DNA from: Blastocatellia bacterium
GTDB taxonomy: Bacteria; Acidobacteriota; Blastocatellia; UBA7656
Direction: 5' to 3'
Length of the DNA stretch: 64,000 nucleotides
Assembly: GCA_963737945.1 (NCBI GenBank)
Contig: CAVTUR010000004.1
Coordinates: 63,211-127,210, forward strand
Made by a program: the position numbers and the translations under genes. Shown in pieces: positions 54,634-64,000 of this stretch. Below the pieces are notes generated by a model that had not been told where the DNA came from, did not search any database, and saw only the letters and a program-made list of their open reading frames with translations. Position 1 is the first letter of the stretch. The number at the start of each line of letters is the position of its first letter.

Positions 54634-54854
54634 TACATTGGTTGGCGCAGTGCGCTGCGTATCCACAGTAACCCCCGTTACTGCCCACCGCGGCGCACCA
54701 CGCTACAGAGCAGAAATTTTCTTCGCCCTGTTTTTGTTCGCGCTTTGTTGCCACCGCCGCGCATCAGGCTACTGAGCTGAAATCGGAAGACTTGGCGCGG
54801 CAGGAATCCTTAATCCAAATCCACGAGTTGCTCCCGTTTCCAACACAGGCAAGG

Positions 54855-54869
54855 GCAACGGGCGTGCCG
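54855..54869 (-). promoter_or_regulatory. Sigma54 promoter (duplicate copy), now upstream of the glycosyltransferase
   Basis: CGGCAC-GCCCG-TTGC. Confidence 0.7.
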
Positions 54870-55456
54870 GAACAAAACGCGTCCGCCTTGCTGGCAATTC
54901 GTTGAAATATGAAAATAATTGAAAAGTGAGAGTTCGGGAACGAGTGTTGAAAGTCAAAATTGGCAACGTCACTGACATCAAAAACGGCGAACGGTTGAAC
55001 GAACTCGAGGGCCAGCCAGTCGGGTTGTAATTGCCCAATTGTGTTTGTGTGACCGGACCCGATCTGGTCGTCGCCAGCGGCTTGCGCCCGGCTCACTTCT
55101 CTCCTGGCAGCCAGTCAATTACCCCTCGTGATCAATCGTATACAGCTCCGCCAAGGCCCCTGCGCTCCCTCGCAAAGGACAGGCACGCAGGATCTCTGCG
55201 AGTCGCCTGGCGGATTTGTCATTTGCTCTTAGCACAAACACCTCGCTTGCCCCTTCTCTTGCTGCGACCGCCATGCCGCCGGCCATGCCGATGTCGCCGC
55301 GCTGAAAATCTCGGAAGCCCTCGCGACGCAGCACGTGTTCAGTGACCCTGCCGTATGGCTTCTGGCATACGACTATCAGAGTTCTTGATCCCTCTTGCAT
55401 CACCATCGGCCAACGTCACAGGGGGCTGAGCTTGGACGCCCGGCCAGGGGATTGCT

Positions 55457-55696
55457 CTACACTGGAGCCGAGGTCGTGCCGCCGTTTGCCTGGCTCAGCT
55501 CGCGCTCGGATTGCAACCAATTGTCCAGATCGCGCCCGTCGGTCCGCCCTTGCGAGAGGTATATCTCGTATGCGCGGCGCTGGACATCTTCATGTGTCGG
55601 ATAGGGTCGTGTCACCTGCGCGGAATCCGGCTCAGTCGCTTCTGGCGCGGGGTTCTTCTTTTTGCTATTAGCCGCTTTCCTAGTTTTCAGGCCCAT
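55457..55696 (-). CDS. DUF2934 domain protein
   Basis: EDVQRRAYEIYLSQGR.DGRDLDNWLQSEREL; GGAGG RBS. Confidence 0.85.
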   Translation of the reverse strand: MGLKTRKAANSKKKNPAPEATEPDSAQVTRPYPTHEDVQRRAYEIYLSQGRTDGRDLDNWLQSERELSQANGGTTSAPV

Positions 55697-55770
55697 AACG
55701 GTTCCTCCGTTTCGAGTTCGGCTTCGATCTCCGAAATGATTATGCCGGACGGTGGTGCGCTGACTTTTGC

Positions 55771-56784
55771 TTATCCGAAATCCAGGACGACGCGACCGTC
55801 AATCCTACCGGCGCGCATCTCGTCGAAGACGTCGTTAATATCCTCCATCCGCGCCTTCGTGTGGTTACATCGGACCAGACCGCGCGCCGCCAGCTCCAGC
55901 GCCTCTCGTAGGTCCTTGCGTGTGCCGACTATCGAGCCTATGACGCTGACCCCCTTCAAAACCAGATCGAAGATCGGGACCGGTAGTGCCTCAGGCGGCA
56001 GGCCGACCAGCACCATTTTACCGCCGCGTCTAAGTGCCCCGAACGCCCCAGCAAAGGCGCGCGCCGACACGGCCGTGCCGATGACGACGTCAGCGCCCCC
56101 GAGCTTCTGGGCCGCCTCGGCCACGTCAACCGAGCGCGCGTTGATGACCTCGTCGGCCCCCAGCCGCTTGGCCAAATCGAGCTTCTCCTCGGTGACGTCT
56201 ACGGCAATAGTGCGGGCTCCCGTCACCCGCGCGTATTGCAACGCCATATGGCCCAAGCCCCCTATGCCGGAAATGAGGACGGTCTTGTCTGACGCTGAGC
56301 CAGAGACCTTCACCGCTTTATAGGTCGTGACGCCCGCGCAGAAGTGCGGGGCCACGTCAGCAAACTCCAACCCATCAGGGATCTTGCCGACGTAGCGCGC
56401 ATCCGCCACTGCCAACTCCGCGAACCCGCCGTTGACGGAGTAGCCCGTGTTCAACTGCGACTCGCAGAGCGTCTCCCACCCGGTCAGGCAGTAATCGCAC
56501 TCTCCGCACGCAGAGTGTAGCCAGGGGATGCCGACGCGGTCACCGCGCTTGATGTTTGTGACCAGCGCCCCGACCTCTTCGACGACCCCGACGCCTTCAT
56601 GTCCCGGAATAAAGGGCAGCGTCGGCTTAACCGGCCAGTCGCCGTCGGCAGCATGCAAGTCTGTGTGGCAGACGCCAGAGGCATGAATGCGCACCAGGGC
56701 GTCAAATGGGCTACATAGCTTTGGTTCGACGACTTCTTTAACCTGCAGCCGCTTTTTGAACTCTTCGACTAAGATCGCTTTCAC
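55771..56784 (-). CDS. adhP: Zn-dependent alcohol dehydrogenase AdhP
   Basis: GVCHTD, GHEGVG, CGECDYC...C, GIGGLG, GSIVGTR. Confidence 0.93.
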   Translation of the reverse strand: MKAILVEEFKKRLQVKEVVEPKLCSPFDALVRIHASGVCHTDLHAADGDWPVKPTLPFIPGHEGVGVVEEVGALVTNIKRGDRVGIPWLHSACGECDYCLTGWETLCESQLNTGYSVNGGFAELAVADARYVGKIPDGLEFADVAPHFCAGVTTYKAVKVSGSASDKTVLISGIGGLGHMALQYARVTGARTIAVDVTEEKLDLAKRLGADEVINARSVDVAEAAQKLGGADVVIGTAVSARAFAGAFGALRRGGKMVLVGLPPEALPVPIFDLVLKGVSVIGSIVGTRKDLREALELAARGLVRCNHTKARMEDINDVFDEMRAGRIDGRVVLDFG

Positions 56785-57089
56785 GCTTTCCTCCTGATGA
56801 GGGTTTTGTTAATACGTGCTCTCGGCATAGGACCTGCTCATCCAGCCAGCAGGAAGCAAGCTGTATGCCGGTGAAAGTTGCCGCCAATTTTCTATGGAAA
56901 AAAGAGCTGAACCGACGCATCCCTCAAATATCCGCAGCTTCGGGCGGAGTCTTACGCAGTCACTGATGGGCCGCCCAAGTATCTGGTAGTCATCCTTACG
57001 CTGCCAAAACTGACACGACAGTTTTGACACCACAGTCACTCTCCTTGCCATGCTGCGTTGCATTTCAACCATTTATGACGGTCGCGCTT

Positions 57090-57104
57090 TGGCACTCGTG
57101 TTGC
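57090..57104 (+). promoter_or_regulatory. Sigma54 promoter upstream of pyk
   Basis: TGGCAC-TCGTG-TTGC, a perfect consensus match 50 bp before the ATG. Confidence 0.8.
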
Positions 57105-57153
57105 CCTTCTCAATCTCGGGAAGTCTGCGCTGCTGTTTCCCAGGCCATCAGTT

Positions 57154-58618
57154 ATGTCCTTAATGAATGCCAATAAACTGCCGCTGAACCGGACGAAGAT
57201 CGTGGCGACCATCGGCCCAGCCTCCCGGACGCCGGAGGTTTTGCGCAAGCTGATTGAGGCTGGCGTTAATGTCTTCCGCCTCAACTTCTCTCATGGAACG
57301 CACGAAGAGCACTCCGCCACCTTGTCTGACATCCGAGCGCTGAGCAGGGAGGTGGGCCATGCACGTCGCCATACTGCAGGATCTATGCGGGCCGAAGATT
57401 CGACTCGGGCCGATTGCGGGTGATGTGGTGGAGTGTCCTCTTGGTGAGGAATTCACGCTGGTCTCAGCGAGTTCTTCAAGCAACTCGCGCGAACTGACCT
57501 GCTCCTATCGCGAGTTGCCGAATGATCTCAAGCCCGGAGAGACGATTCTGTTCGCCGACGGCACGGTGGCCATGACGGTCACCGATACCGAGCCGGGCCG
57601 GGCGCGACTGAAGGTCACGCTCCCCGGGCGACTGCGTTCGCGTCAGGGGCTGAACCTGCCTGGCTCGGAATTGGCCGTTCAGTCGCTCACAGACAAGGAT
57701 CTGCATGACCTCGACTGGACCGCGCGGCATGCGGGCGATGTCGAGTTCGTCGGCCTGTCGTTTGTGCGCAGCCCGGAGGACATCGCCCGTTTGCGCCGCG
57801 AACTACAGGCGAGGAAGTGCCCGGCGTGGGTTGTGGTCAAGATCGAAAAACCGCAGGCGGTACGGCATCTTGAAGAGATCGTCGCCGCCACCGATTGCGT
57901 GATGGTGGCGCGCGGCGACCTGGGCGTGGAGATGGACGTGCAACTGGTGCCGGCCATCCAGAAGCGGATCATCGCGCTGTGCAACCGGGCGGCGCGCCCG
58001 GTCATCACCGCCACGCAGATGCTCAACAGCATGGAACACTCCAGCCGTCCGACACGGGCTGAGGCGAGCGATGTCTTCAATGCTGTGCTTGACGGCACTG
58101 ACGCTGTCATGCTCTCAGGCGAGAGCGCTGTCGGAGAGTACCCCGTCGAAGCAGTGACCACTATGCGCGAGATTTGCGCAGAGGCTGAAGGATACCTTGA
58201 GGCAGGGGGCTGCTCGCCGCTCGGCGAATCGGTTTCTCTTGCAGAGCTGATCGAGCCGATCACCGAAGCTGCCGTTGATGCCGCTTATCTGATGACAGAG
58301 CGGCTCAAAGGCCCCTTGATCGTGGTCGCCACCGATTCGGGGCGCACAGCTCTGGCGCTGAGCAATCGGAGACCCACTGCAACAATTCTCGCCCTGACGC
58401 GGACCGAGCGCGTGGCCCGGGCGCTAGCTTTGTGCTGGGGCGTGACGCCGTTGCTATTGCCTGAGTCGTCTTCTTCGGCGGAAGGCGAATTGGCTTTTGG
58501 CATCGAATGGGCCAAATCACACGCGCTCATCCGATCTGACCAGCACGTAGTGCTCCTGCGCGGCCAGGTTGCCGGTCAGCCCAAGAGCCGGGCTGTGCTG
58601 ACAGGCGAAGTATCCTGA
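57154..58618 (+). CDS. pyk: Pyruvate kinase; frameshift near 57358
   Basis: [52 protein letters not shown]. Confidence 0.93.
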
Positions 58619-58781
58619 AATGTATGAACTGGATGATCAACTGCGACCAATGCATCACGAGTATCTCGAGGATCCTGAGCAGGTGCGCCGTGCCATCAAG
58701 GCCGTGGCCAGTCAAGGGCAAAGGCGCCAGAGTCGGAGGAGTTCAACAGGACGAAAGCTCTACCACCCGAAGGAGGATGTG

Positions 58782-58885
58782 ATGAAAGTCGGAATCGTAG
58801 GCAGCGGATACGTCGGCGCAACAGCCGGGTACGCGCTCGTACTGCAAGGCGTAGGGCGCGAGGTCGTCCTCATGGACAAGGGCGC
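58782..58885 (+). pseudogene. ldh: N-terminal remnant of L-lactate dehydrogenase
   Basis: AGGAGG RBS then [32 protein letters not shown]; similarity ends after about 34 aa. Confidence 0.75.
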
Positions 58886-59050
58886 CGCCACGCGTAAGCG
58901 CGGAGCCTGTCAGCAGCCGAGCACCATAGAACTGCCTAGGCGAGAAGTCCCGGACAGCTATCTGTACGAGAGACGGTGGGGCTTTCTGTGGAGGCGCCCG
59001 ACGCTGAATACCCGGATGAGGCGGATATTGGATTAGCGCACGATTATTAG

Positions 59051-59503
<453 letters not shown>

Positions 59504-59558
59504 GAGTCGTTACGCTTGAATGAAGAAGGAGTGTCAAAGCGAGGGAGAGGATCAAACC

Positions 59559-61618
59559 ATGAGTTCGCGACGGGTGATTATCGTTGGAGGCGGGTTCGGC
59601 GGCGTGACGCTCGCACAACACCTCGAGAGGAAACTTTCTCCTGAGGTCGAGATCGTGCTCATCAGCAGCGAAAACCATTTCGTCTTCACCCCGATGCTTG
59701 CCGAAGTAGTAGGGCGTTCCCTCTCCCCGCTGCACATCGTCGTCGCCGGCCGCCAGATGGTGCGCCGTACTACGTGGCTAACCGCGCAGGTCACCGATAT
59801 CGACTTGCAAGGCAACCTGGTTAGTTATGTCGGCGAGGGCGTCGCAAGAGGGACGCTCACCTATGATCACCTGGTGCTGGCCTGCGGCTCGGTCGTCAAC
59901 ATGAACCTGACGGCGGGGCTGTCGGCTTACGCCTACCCGCTCAAGACGCTCGGCGACGCGATCTACCTTAGCAATGATCTGATCGCGCGAATGGAAGAGG
60001 CCGCCGTGGATACCGACCCTGCGCGGCGAAGGCGATTGCTCAATATGGTGGTCATCGGCGGTGGGCTTAGCGGCGTAGAGGTAGCGGGCGCGATGGCTGA
60101 AATTGCGAGCGAGGCGGGCCGCTACTATCCCACACTCCAAGGTGAGCGACCGCACATCACCCTGTTGCAACGCGGTGACTATCTGATTCCGGAATTGAAC
60201 GCCCCCTCTCTCTCGAGTTTCGCCCGCGACAAATTGCGCAAAGCCGGCGTTGATGTGCGCCTGAACACCGGCGCGCAGGAGATCACGGCGGCGGGCGTGC
60301 GGTTGACGAGCGGAGAATTGATCGAAGCGGCCACGGTCGTGTCGACCGCCGGAACATCTCCCAACCCCATGATTCAAGAGCTCGGCCTGCCGCTTGAGCA
60401 TGGCCGTCTCTTTACCGACCCCGACATGAGTGTGAGAGGCGCGTCGAACGTCTGGGCGGTGGGCGATTGCGCGATCATTCCGAACGCTTTCGATAAGCGG
60501 CCCAGCCCGCCCACCGCGCAATTCGCTATGCGACAGGCTAAGCAACTCGCCGCGAACCTGGCGCGTACCTTCAAGGGTCAACCCACCAGGCCATTCTCTT
60601 TCAGGGCGCTCGGCATGCTGGCTTCGCTAGGCAATCGCACGGCGGTCGCGGAGATATTCGGGATACGCATCTCAGGATTCATCGCCTGGGTCTTGTGGAG
60701 AGCCGTCTATCTGCTCAAGCTTCCTAGCCTGGCGCGGAAGTTGGAGGTCGTGGGCGATTGGACATGGAGCGCACTGTTTCCTCCTAACATCGTCCAGTTA
60801 CAAATGTCGCGCACAGGCGGCTTGGGAATGGCTGATCACGGCCCGGCGAGTTCATCTTTCACAAGGGTGATCCGGCAGGCCATCTCTATGCCATCCAATC
60901 GGGAACCGCCGGGGTATATCTGGATGAGTCTTCGACCCCGGTCACGGTACTAGAGCCCGGCGACCATTTCGGCGCAGATGCGTTTTCGCCCGATGGGCAA
61001 AGTGCGCATCTGGTTTCGGTCAAGGCAGAGACTCCGCTCGATTTAATCACCCTCGGCCGCGGCGATTTCGAACGCCTGGCGCTGTCCTTTACGGAGGTGC
61101 GTAAGGGGCTACAGCGAGCGTCGGCGGCGCTCAAAGGTTATATGGGCTTGATGGCAATGGAGGAAGACAATCCTGTTCTCGCATCGGTCAAAGTCGCTGA
61201 CGTGATGACGGCGCCCGCCGAGGCTCTCTTCACTGATAGTTCTCTTATGGAAGCAATAGGGCGCTTCGACGACGGCAAGGTCGGCTTTCCAGTTACGGAT
61301 GAGGGAGGCATATTGCAGGGCTACTGCGGGAGAGAAGAGTTGTATGAGGCGCTGCGTAAGTTCTCGCCACCTGATATCAGGGTAAGAGAATTTATGCGCG
61401 AGAAGCCCCCGGTCGTCACCGAGAATCAGCCCCTGAAGGGAGGGATTCTCGCGCTTCTTCTCGAAGACATTGATTTGTTACCGGTCGTGAGCGCGGATGG
61501 AAGCGGCAGGCTCGTCGGGGTGTTGAGCCCCTCTGCCATTGCTAAGAAGGTGCTCTCTGATTCCGCGGTTTTCCGCTCTGACCTGGCGCACCGCGACTTC
61601 ATCCTGGCGGGCAAATAA
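59559..61618 (+). CDS. ndh: Type II NADH dehydrogenase-like flavoprotein fused to cNMP-binding and CBS-pair domains; frameshift near 60845
   Basis: GGGFGG, FTPML, GGG.SGVE.AG, GDCA, PTAQ.A; the shifted frame reads GEFIFHKGDPA..LYAIQSG...LEPGDHFG and runs in frame into CBS ORF 61097..61618. Confidence 0.82.
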
Positions 61619-61705
61619 TCCGGCGCAACGGAAGATGCGCTCCCTGGCGAGAGATTTACAACAAAGCGCAAACGCCTGCTGCTGACGAACGAAAGGAGTA
61701 CGCCG

Positions 61706-62785
61706 ATGCGACGAAGCATTTCATCTCTGTTGATTCTGTTCCTGCTCCTAACGAGTACCGTCTCGCGCGCCGCTTCCAGCCCTGAGCTTGTTTCTGCCGT
61801 CGAGCCTTACGTCGCTCACCTCAAGCTCAAGCCCGAACACCTGCGCGCACTCGCCGACAAGCAGGTGATCGCGCAGGGACTTTCGTCCGACAACGACAAA
61901 GAGATGGCGGCCGTCGGCGTCATGCTGGCCGGCGCCACGCCGGACGCCTTCGTCGAGTCGTACAAGACGCTTGCGACGTTTCAGCAAAACCCCTACGTAG
62001 TCGCTTCGGGCAGGTTCCGCGATAAGCCCATGCTTTCCGACCTCGATGGGTTGACGCTTGAGGGCAGAGACCTCTACGCGCTCGCGAAATCCGAGTTGAA
62101 AGATTCTGAGATAAAACTCTCACAGCCGGAGATCGCCAGGTTCCAGACAGTCCGGGCGACCGCCCCGCGGCTCACCCCGCAACTGAAGGCGAGGCTCACG
62201 ACCGAATTCAAGAAGATGCTCGTCGAGCGCGTGAGAAATTATCGGGCGAGCGGGGCCGCCTCCCTCGGCGTCTATTCGGACAAAGAGGAACCCATCAACG
62301 CCCACGAAGCGTTCGCCGCCCTGGCGCGCGAGCAGGCCGTGTCGGCGCACCACTGCGCCCATCTTTATCCGTACCTCGAAAGCTATCCGCGGAACCCGCC
62401 GCCCGACAGCGAATCGTTTATCTACTGGGCCAAGCAAAAGTTTGGAGACCTCAAGCCCGTCATCAACGTCGTCCACGTCTTGATTCATCGCGAAGCCAAC
62501 CGCGTCTACATCGCGTCGAAGCAGCTCTACTCGACTCATTACACGGAGGCGGGCTTGTCGGTGGCGGAGCTAATCCCATTCGCGGATGGGGATGGACAGA
62601 CGCACACGCTTGTCGTCTACACGGTCCGCTTGCAGGTCGATATGCTGGGCGGGTCGTTCGGCTTCATGAAGAAGCGGATGGCGCAACCGCAAATGGTCGG
62701 CACTCTCAAGCAGAGCCTCAACGGGATGCGAGTGACGATGGAGGCGCTGGCTCGCGCGTCCTTCCAGCACAGAGCCGGCTCCTAA
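61706..62785 (+). CDS. Exported hypothetical protein
   Basis: AAGGAG RBS, signal peptide, YWAK.KFG.LKP and SKQLYSTHY blocks. Confidence 0.75.
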   Translation: MRRSISSLLILFLLLTSTVSRAASSPELVSAVEPYVAHLKLKPEHLRALADKQVIAQGLSSDNDKEMAAVGVMLAGATPDAFVESYKTLATFQQNPYVVASGRFRDKPMLSDLDGLTLEGRDLYALAKSELKDSEIKLSQPEIARFQTVRATAPRLTPQLKARLTTEFKKMLVERVRNYRASGAASLGVYSDKEEPINAHEAFAALAREQAVSAHHCAHLYPYLESYPRNPPPDSESFIYWAKQKFGDLKPVINVVHVLIHREANRVYIASKQLYSTHYTEAGLSVAELIPFADGDGQTHTLVVYTVRLQVDMLGGSFGFMKKRMAQPQMVGTLKQSLNGMRVTMEALARASFQHRAGS

Positions 62786-63395
62786 TGAATGGATGGGCCA
62801 TTTTCTGAGTCGCGCTCGCGGCGTTTTGCCTGCTCAGTTGGCTGTAGTAGTCGTAGACATAGTTCTTCAGTTCGGTGTGGAAGAAACCCTGGAGGAATCC
62901 TTTCTCGAACTTATACTGCTTCATCTCGGCATAGGCCCGATCAGCCGTCCAGCCGTCGTGCGCCATGACGATAAATAGCCGTCATCACTCCGGTGCGGTG
63001 GCGGCCCACATGACAGTGGACAAAAACCGGCTGGTTAGCCGGATCATTAACGATGGCCAGAAATCGGGCGACATCCTCGGACGAAGGTTTGGACCTTGAG
63101 GACAATTCGATCCGATAGAATCGCAGTCCCAGTGATTCCACCATGGCCGGTTCGTCCGCGCTTTCGCCCCACAGGTCTACTACGGATTTCACGCCTCGCG
63201 CGGCCAAGTCGGCATAGTCATTCTTTTTTGGTTGAGCGCCCCGATATAGTTCTCATTGATACGACCGAAATTCTCTATTTGTATCTTCGAGATCCTATCA
63301 TTGAGCGGGGACTGGGCAGTTGATAACGCGGCAAGCGATAGGATAAGGGCTAACGACGGCGCAATGGCACGAGGGAAGCTTTGATTCACACGCAT
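62718..63395 (-). CDS. Secreted protein-tyrosine/dual-specificity phosphatase, two frameshifts
   Basis: Signal peptide, NFGRINENY, P-loop HCHVGRHRTG, GWT...AYAEM across three ORFs. Confidence 0.8.
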
Positions 63396-63670
63396 CGGAC
63401 ACCTTCCTGAAGAATCTCTGGCTCTTGTGGGCCTTTTCATTTCACGGGAATTACAGGTTCAATAGTAATTCCACTGGTTTGAAACCACAATAGCGAAAGA
63501 CCTCTATCCTAGCGCGAGACTTGAGCCGGTGACACTGGCCGATACGCACTGAGTCTTCAGCGGGAGTTGCCGGGCCGCTTGCTGGTCGAGCTAGCCTTTG
63601 TCTACAACGCGAACTATGATATGCGCAATGCCACCGTATCGGGCGAGATCATGAGATAGGATTTGGCTAA

Positions 63671-64000
63671 ATGAGGAAGGTGAAGAGTCGAGGACGAAAG
63701 GTGGTCGTGCCGGGCTTGGTGCTGGCGCTGGACGCTACTCGCCTCGCATTCTAGCGCTCTCGCGCTGAACCCATCGCTGGAGGTCAGCCAGTACGCGCAT
63801 ACCTCGTGGACCGTCCGGGACGGGTACTCGCTGGGCGCCATCTTCGCGATGGCCCAGACGCCCGACGGGTATCTGTGGCTGGGCGGCGAATTCGGTTTGT
63901 TTCGCTTCGACGGCGTTCGCTTTATTCCCTGGCAGCCACCTGCTGGTCAGCAACTCCCCGACAAGCCTTACAGTCTGCTCGTCACGCGCGACGGCACTCT
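63671..64000 (+). CDS. Two-component regulator propeller (Reg_prop) sensor protein, N-terminus only; frameshift near 63730
   Basis: ALNPSLEVSQYAHTSWTVRDG...AMAQTPDGYLWLG.EFGLFRFDGVRF. Confidence 0.82.

Noticed and set aside
54566-54754. Cys-rich peptide (FCSVAWCAAVGSNGGYCGYAAHC) as a RiPP precursor
   Set aside because: No clear RBS or start shared with the paralogous block at 49442-49564, and no modifying enzymes nearby; more likely a leader region

Overview
GC-rich bacterial DNA whose gene content (VWA/TonB_C pair, SBBP proteins, DUF2934, HEAT protein) suggests Acidobacteriota; this is an inference. Layout: (1) 1-10 kb: fabI end, M28 and M20 peptidases, a large SBBP/BACON surface protein and a HEAT-repeat protein. 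(2) 10.2-12.0 kb: a complete IS110/IS1111-type element inserted into a REP-like hairpin. Its 2-bp core, subterminal IRs, circle-junction promoter and bridge/seek-RNA guide segments matching its own target can all be read from the sequence, and a tandem array of empty target copies lies next to it. This is the strongest finding. (3) 12.9-20.2 kb: low-oxygen sugar-metabolism block (HPF, STAS/SEC14, xfp, disrupted cytochrome c, zwf, pgm). (4) 21.5-31.4 kb: pstSCAB-phoU-phoB, porin and phoB-phoR with 11-bp-period Pho boxes, bracketed by two copies of a promoter plus small-ORF unit. (5) From 33.1 kb: an integrative mobilizable element at a tRNA-Lys 3' fragment (integrase, TIR/NDT-like gene, oriT-mobC-MOBP relaxase), followed by sigma54-driven envelope and fermentation genes with a decayed internal duplication. 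Many single-base frameshifts look like long-read consensus errors. No database searches could be run, so family calls rest on motif recognition.
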